The translations under genes and the position numbers were made by a program. Of a stretch of 64,000 nt of DNA, positions 37,229 through 46,808 are shown piece after piece. The DNA is from Candidatus Lustribacter sp. (GTDB lineage Bacteria > Vulcanimicrobiota > Vulcanimicrobiia > Vulcanimicrobiales > Vulcanimicrobiaceae): assembly GCA_965277805.1 (NCBI GenBank), contig OZ255842.1, positions 2,976,001 to 3,040,000 of the forward strand, read 5' to 3'. The notes beneath the pieces were generated by a model, which saw only the letters and a program-made list of their open reading frames with translations, was not told where the DNA came from and did no database searches. The first letter of the stretch is position 1. The number at the start of each line of letters is the position of its first letter.

Positions 37229-37350
37229 CGAACGTCTCATAGCGAACGTCGAAATATTCCACTGCTTCCGCGTTCGCGGTCGCACGCTAATCGGCGAGAT
37301 TATGTCGGTCCCTCGACGTCGCGCCTTCGGCGCTTTGCTCGGGATGACAA
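37220..37350. repeat. REP/MITE-like intergenic element with TTGTCAT...ATGACAA ends
   Basis: 7-bp terminal inverted repeat; 14-bp tandem duplication at 37223-37250; GCGCC-TTC-GGCGC hairpin; right arm reads TGTCATCCCGAGC..GTCGAGGGAC on -. Confidence 0.55.
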
Positions 37351-37357
37351 ATAGTGG

Positions 37358-38068
37358 CTAGTCTTCGTACTCTTCGAAGGCCGCGTTGACGAGTGGCGTA
37401 GCTACCGCGTCGAGATAGGCGACGAACGGGGCGCTGTCGCGGATCGCTGCTGCGAAGGAAGCGTAGGTGCCGTTCTTCGCTATTTCGTCATCGGTGAACG
37501 TGCGGCGGACGATGTAGTTTCGGGCGCGGATCAGTTCGCTGCGCGGATGATCCTTCGGGAAGCCGCGCGGCATGCGAATGAGCGCATCGGTACGCAACGG
37601 CAGATACGGGGCCAGCGACTTTGCCTTGAGGATGCGATCGAAGGGGCGCGCATCGGCCGCCATATTGCGGCGTAAGGCTTCGAGGACCGGCTTTTCGGGT
37701 GTGTAGATGCCGGCGGCAAAGCGTATGCCCCCGGGCTCGACGTGCACGTAGTAGCCCGCGTTAGCGCCGCTTTTCCCCAGCGGTGAGAGCCAGGCCGAGA
37801 CGTGGGTCTTGAACGGCGTCTTGTCGTTGGAGAACCGGATGTCGCGCGCGAGCCGAAACAGGCACTTGCGCGGATCGACGAAGGCGAAGCGCTCGTCGAA
37901 GCGTACGGCCGACACCAGCAACGCGGTGACGAGGTCTTCCCACTCGGGGCGGATGTGCTCGTCGTAGGTGTCGCGATGCGCCGCAAACCATGTGCGGTCA
38001 TTGTTCTTCTTCAGCGCACGCAGCCAGCGCAACGCGCGCGCCGCATCGAACGGTTCTCGCCTTTTCAC
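37358..38068 (-). CDS. DUF2461 (TIGR02453-like) protein
   Basis: KNNDRTWF and FRLARDIRFSNDKTPFK motifs; GTGA overlap. Confidence 0.88.
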   Translation of the reverse strand: MKRREPFDAARALRWLRALKKNNDRTWFAAHRDTYDEHIRPEWEDLVTALLVSAVRFDERFAFVDPRKCLFRLARDIRFSNDKTPFKTHVSAWLSPLGKSGANAGYYVHVEPGGIRFAAGIYTPEKPVLEALRRNMAADARPFDRILKAKSLAPYLPLRTDALIRMPRGFPKDHPRSELIRARNYIVRRTFTDDEIAKNGTYASFAAAIRDSAPFVAYLDAVATPLVNAAFEEYED

Positions 38069-39123
38069 GCGAAGAGCTGGCTCCACATGCGGCCGAAGAC
38101 GGCATCCCACGTACGATTTGCGGCGGCGGCGAAGCCGCGTTCGATGCGTTCGCGCGGCGCGTCGAGCGCTTCCATCACGGCCGAGACGAACGCTTCCGCC
38201 CCGGCAGCGACGTACACGATGTCGCCGTATTCGGCGACGACATCGGCGATCGGGGTGGAGACGACCGGACGGCGCGCGGCGAAGTATTCGAGCGTCTTGG
38301 TCGGTGAGATAGACGCGGTTGCGCGGTTGATCGCGAACGGCATCAGCGCCACGTCGACGCCGGCCAAGAGCGACGGCAACGAATTGTAAGGCAGCCGTCC
38401 GGTGTAGTGCACGTTCGCGCGTTGCGGCAAGTGCGCCGGATCGACTTTCACGATCGGCCCAGCCAGCATGACATGGCCGCGCGGAAATGCATCCGCCAAC
38501 GCGGCGATCAGCGCGTAGTCCAAGCGCTCGTCGATCACGCCGGCGTACGCCATTACCGGCGCGCTCAACATCGCCGCGAGCGGATGCGGCCCGACGTCGG
38601 CGGCGAAGCGGTCGACTTCGACGCCGCTCGGATGCAGGTGCAGCTTCGCTCCGAGCGCGCGGCGGTTCTCATACAGCGTTCGGCCGCCGGCGAAGACGAT
38701 GTCTGCGCGCGCGAGCAACGCCGCTTCGCGCTCGCGCATCCCCGGCGGCGCGAAGTCGAAGTTAGCTAGATCGTCCATCACGTCGTAGACGACCGGCGCG
38801 GCTGCGAACGCGTCGATCAGCTCGCTCATCATCGGCGTGTAGAGCCAAGCGCCGGCACGCCGCGTGCCGGCCAGCTCGCGCGCCGTTGCGAGCGCCTGCC
38901 CGTCGATCAGCGGCTCGCCCCAGCCGCGCCGGCGCAGCGGCCTGACCAGCGTCAGGTTACCGAACTGCCGGATTTCGTCGCGATCTTCGGCCGCGCCGTA
39001 CGGTTCCTCCACGACAATCACCGGCAGCCGTTGCGCGAGCCGCGTGAGCAGATGGTGCGGGCGCTGCCAGACGCCGTCCCAACGCAAGTGCAAGCCGGCG
39101 ACGAAGATCTCGGGCGCGTTCAC
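38065..39123 (-). CDS. Glycosyltransferase (GT4-like)
   Basis: HLRWDGVWQRPHHL, YDVMDDL, GVIDERLD and ISPTKTLEY motifs; GTGA overlap. Confidence 0.88.
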   Translation of the reverse strand: MNAPEIFVAGLHLRWDGVWQRPHHLLTRLAQRLPVIVVEEPYGAAEDRDEIRQFGNLTLVRPLRRRGWGEPLIDGQALATARELAGTRRAGAWLYTPMMSELIDAFAAAPVVYDVMDDLANFDFAPPGMREREAALLARADIVFAGGRTLYENRRALGAKLHLHPSGVEVDRFAADVGPHPLAAMLSAPVMAYAGVIDERLDYALIAALADAFPRGHVMLAGPIVKVDPAHLPQRANVHYTGRLPYNSLPSLLAGVDVALMPFAINRATASISPTKTLEYFAARRPVVSTPIADVVAEYGDIVYVAAGAEAFVSAVMEALDAPRERIERGFAAAANRTWDAVFGRMWSQLFA

Positions 39124-40442
39124 GCCGGTGCTTTGCCGGCCGCGCGCAAATGATCGCCTTCCGCGCGTCCCGCATCGCGCATCGCGACCAGTTCCGTCAA
39201 CGGCAACGCGCGATCCGCGCGCTCCCACCAGCCGCGCACGCCGGTATCGGCGATCTGCCCGTGCGCTGCCAATTCGCGCAGCGCGTCGGCCACGACGGTC
39301 GGTTGCGGCGTTCCGTCCCGTCCGGCAAACGTATAGATGCCGTCCTCAACCACGCTGCCGCGCTCGCGCAACAGCGAATGCCAATCCACCATGCCGAACG
39401 CCGCCCACGCACCGAGCGCACGCACGTCCACGCCGTCAGCGCGCAACGCCTGCACGTCGGCCGCGTGCTGCACGAGCCAGCGGATGCGCTCGGGTGCCGG
39501 CGCATGGACGTGCACTTCGCCCACCGCCAGCGGCAACTGCAACCGCTCGGCGGCCGCGCGCAGCATCGGCCCGATCGCCGGCGCCGGTTCGCCTTCGACG
39601 TAGACAGCCGGAACGTCACCGGCCGCCTCGGCTTGCGAAAACAAGTACCGCTCGGAGTGCGGGTAGTGATTGAACGCGACCAGATCGGGCACGGCCGCGT
39701 CGCGCTGCATCATCGCGAATTCCAGTTCGTTCACGCCGCAGTGTTCGGTGAGAAACTCCGCCAGCGGATGCGCGTCGCCGACGCGGCCGGCCACGAGTTC
39801 GGCCGATAAGAAGACCCGCTCGCGCAAGAACGCAACGTAATCCGCGACGCCGTCGTCGCCGGCCGTGAACCGCTGCAGATCCTCGGTGAGAACGAACTGC
39901 GCGTCCGGGATGACCTTGCGGATGCGGCGCAGCGCCGCTTGCTGGGCGAGCGTTTGGTTCACCATCGCGCGCCCGAACCCGCGATCGTCGCGCATGTTCG
40001 GATACCACACGCCGTCGAGCGTCGAGAAGCGCGCGGTCGTGAGCGGTTCGTTGATCGGCGTCCAGCGCCGGACCCACGGAAATGCGCGCGCCGCCGCCTC
40101 GGCGTACTGGGCGAACCACAACGGAAATGCGGGATCGAGTAAATCCGTGTACTGCGGTCCGCTGCCGTGATGCAGCAGCGTCACGATCGGCTCGATGCCC
40201 GCCGCGCGCAGCGCGTTTAGCCGGCGCTCGGGTTCGGTGAAGTCGTGCTCGTGCGGGCTATCCGGAGCGACGCGCTCCCACAACACCGGCGTCCGCGAAG
40301 CCGTCACGCCGAGCGCGGCGATCCGTTCCGCATCGCCCGACCGGACGTCGAGCCCCGTCTCCGCCGCTTGATCGCGCGTCGTGTTCGCGTCGATGCGGGC
40401 GAACGTCGGCTCGGGCGACGCCCAAAGTTCGAGCGGCAGCAC
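39120..40442 (-). CDS. Family 1 glycoside hydrolase-like protein
   Basis: TLLHHGSGP, WTPINEP (acid/base), NHYPHSER and GEVH motifs. Confidence 0.8.
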   Translation of the reverse strand: MLPLELWASPEPTFARIDANTTRDQAAETGLDVRSGDAERIAALGVTASRTPVLWERVAPDSPHEHDFTEPERRLNALRAAGIEPIVTLLHHGSGPQYTDLLDPAFPLWFAQYAEAAARAFPWVRRWTPINEPLTTARFSTLDGVWYPNMRDDRGFGRAMVNQTLAQQAALRRIRKVIPDAQFVLTEDLQRFTAGDDGVADYVAFLRERVFLSAELVAGRVGDAHPLAEFLTEHCGVNELEFAMMQRDAAVPDLVAFNHYPHSERYLFSQAEAAGDVPAVYVEGEPAPAIGPMLRAAAERLQLPLAVGEVHVHAPAPERIRWLVQHAADVQALRADGVDVRALGAWAAFGMVDWHSLLRERGSVVEDGIYTFAGRDGTPQPTVVADALRELAAHGQIADTGVRGWWERADRALPLTELVAMRDAGRAEGDHLRAAGKAPA

Positions 40443-40597
40443 TACGAACGCGTCGCCTGGTTGACGCTATCGATCCAAAACACGTACGGATCGGAGCCGG
40501 GCGTGTTTTGGATCAGCGCACGGCCCAGTTCTGCCCAGATCGCGCCGCGGGTCGGAACGAGGACGATGACCGGGCGCGCGGGCGGCGCCGGGTTCAC
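40442..40597 (-). CDS. Small hypothetical protein, 51 aa (not in ORF track)
   Basis: MNPAPPARPVIVLVPTRGAIWAELGRALIQNTPGSDPYVFWIDSVNQATRS; GTGA and TAGTG overlaps at its two ends. Confidence 0.6.
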   Translation of the reverse strand: MNPAPPARPVIVLVPTRGAIWAELGRALIQNTPGSDPYVFWIDSVNQATRS

Positions 40598-42072
40598 GAC
40601 AGAACGGGCGAAGGCCGCGTACCGAGCCAGGTGGCGATGTCGGTCTTGGCGTCGACGTGCACGCCGTCGCGCAGTTCGCGCCGGAACTCACCGAACAGGC
40701 CGAAGGCCTCGGCAAACGCATCGTGCTTGTGGATCGATTCGTAGTTCACTTGCGTCGCGCTGATGAACGTGTCGTCGGGGAAATCCGCATACACGTCGAG
40801 CGCGCGCGCGAGGATGCCGCGCACGACGTCCTCGACGAACTTCGGATTCTGATGTGCTTTGTTGACGATGAAGAATTCGTCGGGCCGTTTGAGCAAGTCG
40901 TAGGTTTCGCTCGACATCGAGTTTTCGACGATCTCGACCAGATCTTCGGCGCGCAGGTGATCGGCGAATTCGCCGTCGGTGCCGATCAGCACCGAGCCGC
41001 GGCCGCGCTGGTTGTGGGTTGCCACCGGCAACGCATCGAGCGCGCGGTTCGCCTGTTCGGTCGTGAAGCCGGCCGCCTCGAGTTCGTGCAGCGAGTGTTC
41101 GCGCACCATCAACTGCGCGCACGGGCACGCGGTCATGCCCTCGGCCTCAATGCCGACCAGCCGCCGCGTGCGCGTCGCATCGGCGTGCGCGATCCCGACC
41201 AGCGTATACGTTTCTTCGGTGCGTTTGCCGCTGACCGGCGTCCAGCGTTCGAGCGCGAACTCCGCGCGCACGCGCACGTCGGCCCGGATCGCATCCTGCG
41301 AGGTGACGATCTCGCGCGCGATTTGCGCCACCAGATCCTCGACGCGCGCGGGACGATCGGGACGCCCGAGCACGTCGAGCGTCGCGGCTTCGAGCAGTTC
41401 GGAGAAACGCGACATGTGCACGCCGGCTTTGTCCGGGCGCAGGTCGGCGACCATCGTGAAGTCGGCGTTGAACACGCGCTCGGCGCCGCCGACGTTGAGC
41501 CGGATGATGTGCTTGACGCTCGAGACGCCGACGCGGTTGAGCGAGAGCCGCACGTCGGGTGCTTCTTCTTGCCGGTTGGCAAAGAAGTGCATCGCGCGGG
41601 CCTTGCGCGCGATACCGCGTACGTCTGCCGCATCGGCGATCTCGCGTATCGTCCGGCCGAGCCGCGGGTCGCGGTGCTCCGGGGCGATCTCGGCCAACGG
41701 CACGAGGTTGAACGGACGCGTCGCGATATAGCGATGCGGAACTTCGAAGCGGCCGAAGTCGGCCACCAGATCGTCGAAGTAGAGAATGTCGATGTCGATC
41801 GGGCGCGCGCTCAAGATCGCGGTCTGCTGCCGTCCAATCGCCACCTCGACCCCGCGCACGAACGTCTCGAACGCCTGCGCGTCGAGTTCGGTCGTGACAC
41901 GGGCGGCAACGTTGAGGAACGCCGGTCCCGCGACCCCGCCGGCCGGCGGCGTTTCGTAGTAGGACGACACGGCCTCGATGCGCGCTTGGCGGCGCAGCTT
42001 TTGCAGGGCACCGAGAATCGTGCCCTGGCGATCGCCGAGATTGGAGCCGAGGCCGATCAGGACGGAATGCAT
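40594..42072 (-). CDS. Fused HPPK (FolK) - GTP cyclohydrolase IB (FolE2/MptA-like)
   Basis: GLGSNLG, FLN and RPIDIDIL, followed in the same frame by HMSRF, TACPCAQ, HNQRG, LLKRPDE, FVEDVVR and ESIH. Confidence 0.88.
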   Translation of the reverse strand: MHSVLIGLGSNLGDRQGTILGALQKLRRQARIEAVSSYYETPPAGGVAGPAFLNVAARVTTELDAQAFETFVRGVEVAIGRQQTAILSARPIDIDILYFDDLVADFGRFEVPHRYIATRPFNLVPLAEIAPEHRDPRLGRTIREIADAADVRGIARKARAMHFFANRQEEAPDVRLSLNRVGVSSVKHIIRLNVGGAERVFNADFTMVADLRPDKAGVHMSRFSELLEAATLDVLGRPDRPARVEDLVAQIAREIVTSQDAIRADVRVRAEFALERWTPVSGKRTEETYTLVGIAHADATRTRRLVGIEAEGMTACPCAQLMVREHSLHELEAAGFTTEQANRALDALPVATHNQRGRGSVLIGTDGEFADHLRAEDLVEIVENSMSSETYDLLKRPDEFFIVNKAHQNPKFVEDVVRGILARALDVYADFPDDTFISATQVNYESIHKHDAFAEAFGLFGEFRRELRDGVHVDAKTDIATWLGTRPSPVLS

Positions 42073-42079
42073 ACGCGGC

Positions 42080-42991
42080 TTAGACCGCCGCTGAAGCACC
42101 GGAGTTGCCGCCCGGCGTGCCCGGCATGACGTCGGCGAGATCGAGCGTCGCGCGCCGGCCCGGCGCGATCGCGGCGAACATCCGCGCCAGCTGCACGGTC
42201 TCTTCCACGTCGTGCACGCGCAGCAGCCGCGCGCCGGCGGCGATGCCGATCGCGGCCGTGGCGAGCGAGGGCACCAGCAACTCCTTGGCCGGCCGCCGGA
42301 AGATGCGCCCGATGAAGCTCTTGCGCGAGCTGGCGAAGAGAATCGGATAGCCGAGCTCGCGCAGTTCGCCGAACCGGTCGAGGATCTCGAGATCCGTGCG
42401 CGGTTCCTTGCCGAACTCGAGGCCCGGATCGATGACGATCGCATCGCGCCGCACGCCTGCCGCGATCGCGCGGTCGGTGCGCTCGCGCAAGAACGCGATG
42501 ATCTCGCGCATCACGTCGACGTAGGTGTAACCGGCCGGATCGCGGACGTTCAGTTCACCCTTGAGGTGCATCACCACGAGCGCCGCATCGTGTTTAGCCA
42601 CGACGCCGGCGAGATCCGGATCGGAGAGCCCGCTGCAATCGTTGATGATGTCGGCACCGGCAGCGAGGGCCGCATCGGCAACGCTCGCCTTGAACGTGTC
42701 GATCGAGATCGTCAGATCGATCCCGGCCGCGCGAATCGCTTCGACCGCCGGCACCACGCGCTCGCGTTCCTCATCGGCCGTGATGCGGCGGTTCCACGAC
42801 GCGTACGACTGGCCGCCCACGTCGACCAGCGCGCCGCCCGCCGCGGCAATCGCACGCGCCCGCGCGACGACGTCATCGAGTCCCGCCGCGCGATCGTAGA
42901 ATGAATCCGGGGTCACGTTGACGATCCCCATCACGCGGGCTTCGTCGCGCAGATCGAGCGTGCGATCCCGCAGACGTAAGGAGCCGGTCAG
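42080..42991 (-). CDS. folP: Dihydropteroate synthase
   Basis: MGIVNVTPDSFYD, SIDTFK, DPGLEFGK, SRKSF and RVHDV motifs; probable CTG start in a CTGA overlap. Confidence 0.9.
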   Translation of the reverse strand: MTGSLRLRDRTLDLRDEARVMGIVNVTPDSFYDRAAGLDDVVARARAIAAAGGALVDVGGQSYASWNRRITADEERERVVPAVEAIRAAGIDLTISIDTFKASVADAALAAGADIINDCSGLSDPDLAGVVAKHDAALVVMHLKGELNVRDPAGYTYVDVMREIIAFLRERTDRAIAAGVRRDAIVIDPGLEFGKEPRTDLEILDRFGELRELGYPILFASSRKSFIGRIFRRPAKELLVPSLATAAIGIAAGARLLRVHDVEETVQLARMFAAIAPGRRATLDLADVMPGTPGGNSGASAAV

Positions 42992-45804
42992 AGCGGCCGC
43001 GTCGAGCTGGGGTGAAGGCTCGTATCGATGCGCGACCGCAGATCGTCGATGTGCGCGCGCGTCGCAACATCGGTCGCTGCGCGGTAAGCAGCGTCGAGGC
43101 GGCCGCGTACCTGGCGCAACTCGTAGCGCGAAAGAGCTTGGATCTCGCGCGGCACGCCGAGCTGATCCATCGAACCGCTGCTCAGAAACGCGATCTGTAT
43201 TTCCAGATCGGCAAAGCGCCGCTGCAGATCCTGATGCGGGGCCGGGATCGTGTGGGCGCCGAGATCGTCGAACACCGCAGCATTCGTCCACTCGAAGAGA
43301 TCGGACAAGCTCATCGTCTGACCAGGGTGCGCTTCCTTGAGCGACTCGTTGGCGATGCGCGAGATGCTGGCCGGATTGAACAGTTCGGAGATCGCCGCAT
43401 CCTGGAGTTGGGCCACGACCTCGCGGATCGGGAAATCGGTACGCCGGATCCCGCCCGTGCTCCAATCGGCGCCGTAACGAATCGGCGAAACGTCGTTGAG
43501 CAGCTCCGGCGAATATTTCAGCGCGTGCGAGGAAAGCACGTAGCGGTCGATCAGATCGAACGCCTTGCGCTGCTCGGCGCGCGGAATCGCGCTGAACGGC
43601 GGCAAGCCGCCGGGCTGTCCGCGATGCGAGCGCGAAGTGTACACGCCGCCCACGTAACGCGCCGCCATCGAAATGTTGGCGAGGTCGTTATTGAGCACGC
43701 TGATCAGCGTTTGGCGCAAATCCTGATAGCTGCGCGAATCGCCTTTATACGGGTGGGTCAGTTTCGCGGCGAGGTCGTCGTCGATGCGGAACTGGTCGCG
43801 GGCAAAGGCCAGCGGATCGTTCGAGAGGTCGAAGCGCTGGATGCGCGGATCGACCGCGTACGGATCGATCGTATCCTCATCGGTCCCGTAGGCCAGGCCC
43901 GGTTCGGTCGAACGCGCGGCGATCTTGTGCAGGTACGGCTGTTCCGCATCCGAGCTGTGCTGGTGGAGCGGCGAGTAGCCGTACGCGATCGCCCAATAGT
44001 CGTACGGACCGAGCTGGTTCGGAAAGTAGTCCGCTTGCCGCTCGCCGGGCGCGGCGATATTGGCCGGCGTGTAGTCCATCACCGAGCCCGTCGTGCCGTG
44101 CTCGTGCGTGAACGCGGGGTCGTGCAGCTCGGCGTACGTGAACGCCGTCGAGCCTTCGAAGTTGTGGCGCAAACCGAGCGTGTGCCCGACCTCGTGCATC
44201 ACGGTCGAATACAGGAAGGCTTGCGCATACGCTTCGCGCTTGGCGACGGTGCCGTGCTGCTGACCGATCAGCATCTCCATGCCGAGCGCGGCCTGATTCG
44301 CTTCGCTCTCTTCCGCATCGCACGTCATGTCGCCGGAAGTCATGAAGTCGTTGGTGGTCTCGGTCACGGTTGGTTGAAGCTGGTTCATCGCTTCGAACGC
44401 GTTGCGTTTGATCTGCAACACCGGCAACACGCGGTCCACGTAGCCGCGGCGCACCGCGCGCATCGATTCGCCGTCGACGACCACCTCGGTGCGGATGATC
44501 TGACCGGTATCGGGGTCGGAAACGTGCGGGCTGAGCGCGACGAAATCGGGCGCGTCCGACGTAATCCACCGTACGCTGTTGTAGCGCGCATCTTCGGGAT
44601 CGAACTTGGGATCGGTGGGCGGATCGTTCACGACGATCGCGTGCGGGTAGCCGATTCTGGCGAACGCCGCATTCCAGGCCAAGATCCCGCGCCGCACGGT
44701 GTTGCGGTAGATCGGCGGGATTTCGTTGGTCAACGTGAAGACGATCGGGCCGGCATCGAGATTCCAGCGATCGATGAACCGTTGCGTCGGCAGCGTCGAG
44801 ACGTCGTTGCCGAAATGCTTGCGCGCGGTGATGAAGTAGCCGACGCGGTCGTCGGCATAGCGTGGAACGTAGTTGGGATCGTGCGCGGGCGGCGCTACGA
44901 TGCTGTAGTGCACGACGAGCGGAATGCCGCGGCCGTCGGGCACGGTGGGCAGCGCGGCGGCCGGACCGTTGAAGGTCAGGTTGACCGAGATCTCGTCGTT
45001 GAGCGGAAAGCCCTTCGTACTCAGGTAGTACGACTTCGTTGCGTCGACGCTGAACGACGGCCGCACGCTGATTATCAGTAAGCCCGGCAACGACGGCGGC
45101 GCGGCGACGCTCTTGCCGAGATCGGTTCCGATGCCTTCGAAGTCCGAGAGAAAGATCGTCGGTTCGATGACGACGTGCGACTTATCGGGATCTTCCGCGA
45201 TGACCGGCGTCGCCTGAATCACCGAGTCGGCAACGCTCACGGCGAGCGACGCGGCCGCCGACGTTCCCTTGTCGGCAATGTAGTGCGTATTCGGCGTAAC
45301 CCACATCACGCGTTTGCCGACGCGCTTGAAAATCACGACCAGCGGATCGTACACGCGGCCGGCAAAAGCGTCGCCGCCGACGCCGCTCGTGATCGACGGC
45401 AAGATGATGAACGGCTTGCCGAAGTCCGCGGGCTTGAGGTCGAGATAGAGCTGATCGTCCTTGCGCACGAAGTCGATGACGCCGTCCTGGTGCTCGGCGC
45501 CTCGCATGAACGCCGCATAGCTCTGCGTGGGCGCGGCACTGGCACCGCCGAGGGGGACGAGCGCGCGCAAGACCGACGGAAAGTTCGTAATCCCGGCGGG
45601 CGGTGCCGAGCCGGACGGGGAGGCCGCGACGCTCGGCTCGACGCGCGGCGGCGAGGGCAGCGGACCGGTGGAGGCGCTAGCGGCCGGCGAGGGCGACGCG
45701 ACGACCGGGGCGACGTCCTCCGGGGCGCCGAGACCAGCCAGAGCAAGCCCTAGGCTCGTCCCGACCAAGGCCAAGAATCCGACGACCAAACGACGCGCGA
45801 CCAT
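42988..45804 (-). CDS. Secreted zinc-dependent metalloprotease (DUF5117/EcxA-like)
   Basis: PRYADDRVGYF, HEVGHTLGLRHNF, SVMDY and GPYDYWAI motifs; signal peptide and Pro/Ser linker. Confidence 0.88.
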   Translation of the reverse strand: MVARRLVVGFLALVGTSLGLALAGLGAPEDVAPVVASPSPAASASTGPLPSPPRVEPSVAASPSGSAPPAGITNFPSVLRALVPLGGASAAPTQSYAAFMRGAEHQDGVIDFVRKDDQLYLDLKPADFGKPFIILPSITSGVGGDAFAGRVYDPLVVIFKRVGKRVMWVTPNTHYIADKGTSAAASLAVSVADSVIQATPVIAEDPDKSHVVIEPTIFLSDFEGIGTDLGKSVAAPPSLPGLLIISVRPSFSVDATKSYYLSTKGFPLNDEISVNLTFNGPAAALPTVPDGRGIPLVVHYSIVAPPAHDPNYVPRYADDRVGYFITARKHFGNDVSTLPTQRFIDRWNLDAGPIVFTLTNEIPPIYRNTVRRGILAWNAAFARIGYPHAIVVNDPPTDPKFDPEDARYNSVRWITSDAPDFVALSPHVSDPDTGQIIRTEVVVDGESMRAVRRGYVDRVLPVLQIKRNAFEAMNQLQPTVTETTNDFMTSGDMTCDAEESEANQAALGMEMLIGQQHGTVAKREAYAQAFLYSTVMHEVGHTLGLRHNFEGSTAFTYAELHDPAFTHEHGTTGSVMDYTPANIAAPGERQADYFPNQLGPYDYWAIAYGYSPLHQHSSDAEQPYLHKIAARSTEPGLAYGTDEDTIDPYAVDPRIQRFDLSNDPLAFARDQFRIDDDLAAKLTHPYKGDSRSYQDLRQTLISVLNNDLANISMAARYVGGVYTSRSHRGQPGGLPPFSAIPRAEQRKAFDLIDRYVLSSHALKYSPELLNDVSPIRYGADWSTGGIRRTDFPIREVVAQLQDAAISELFNPASISRIANESLKEAHPGQTMSLSDLFEWTNAAVFDDLGAHTIPAPHQDLQRRFADLEIQIAFLSSGSMDQLGVPREIQALSRYELRQVRGRLDAAYRAATDVATRAHIDDLRSRIDTSLHPSSTRPL

Positions 45805-45869
45805 CTGTCTCTATTTTATCGGCCTAAAACTCCAGCCTGCGCAGTCCGGGCGGAAACTTTCCAATTAAC

Positions 45870-46808
45870 CTAACCGACGAGCGTCAGCCAATTCCCAGGA
45901 GCCGGGCGGTTGCCTCGCACGATGTCCGAGTACGTGGTGCGCAAACGGTCGGTGATCGGACGCTCTTCCGGCATGATGCGGCTGTCGATGCGCACGATCG
46001 GCACGACTTCCGCCGCGGTACCGGTGAAGAACGCTTCATCGCACGTCTCGAGATCGGCGCGCGTCAACGTGCGAACGTTCGAGGGGATGCCGAGCTCGCG
46101 CGCGATGTCGAGCACCGAACCGCGCGTGATGCCTTCGAGAATATCGGATCCGCCGTCGTTCGTCGTCAACACGCCGTCGCAAATGACAAAGATGTTTTCG
46201 CCGCTGCCTTCGGCGACGTTGCCGCGATCGTTGAGCAAGATCGCTTCGTCGAAACCGCGTGCCAGCGCATCGGAGAGCGCGAGGATCGAATTCGTATAGT
46301 GGCCGCCGGCTTTCACCCACGACGGCAATGCGGCCGACGGCGACTTCATGATCGGTGAAACGGTCGCCGCGCAGCGCGGCGCTTCTTCACCCTTGATCAA
46401 ACCGCTGAACGGCAGCACCGCCACGAGCACGTGCGTTTCGCAGACGTGTGCCGGCGCGAGACGCACCGTGTCGCCGCCGTAGAACGCGAGCGGCCGGATG
46501 TAGGCCGCATCGCGTCCGCTCGCCTTTGCTACCTCGACGATGATCTCGCAGAAACGTTGCGCCGGATACGGCATCTCCAATCCGTAGGTGCGCGCACCGC
46601 GATAGAGGCGGTCGACGTGATCTTGCAAGCGGAAAATCGCCGGACCGCGCGGCGTCGGATAGAGCCGGATTCCTTCGAACACGCTCGACCCGTAATGCAG
46701 CGCGTGGGTGAGGCCGTGGATGGCAACGGACGCGTCGGGTTGCAGCTGCCCATCGAACCAGACAGTGGTGGCTTCGTCAAGTGAGGCCGGCGGTGGGGTC
46801 GTCTGCAT
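45870..46808 (-). CDS. ilvE: Branched-chain amino acid aminotransferase (class IV)
   Basis: ALHYGSSVFEG, KAGGHY, EGSGENIF, LEGITR and FFTGTAAE motifs. Confidence 0.85.
   Translation of the reverse strand: MQTTPPPASLDEATTVWFDGQLQPDASVAIHGLTHALHYGSSVFEGIRLYPTPRGPAIFRLQDHVDRLYRGARTYGLEMPYPAQRFCEIIVEVAKASGRDAAYIRPLAFYGGDTVRLAPAHVCETHVLVAVLPFSGLIKGEEAPRCAATVSPIMKSPSAALPSWVKAGGHYTNSILALSDALARGFDEAILLNDRGNVAEGSGENIFVICDGVLTTNDGGSDILEGITRGSVLDIARELGIPSNVRTLTRADLETCDEAFFTGTAAEVVPIVRIDSRIMPEERPITDRLRTTYSDIVRGNRPAPGNWLTLVG

Noticed and set aside
37223-37250. Tandem 14-bp repeat as a CRISPR remnant
   Set aside because: Only two adjacent copies, no spacer and no cas genes.
43012-45081. Long antisense ORFs (also 23077-24741, 27704-29434, 40657-42129, 50539-52302)
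   Set aside because: They lie opposite well-supported genes and show no motifs; such shadow ORFs are expected in high-GC coding DNA.
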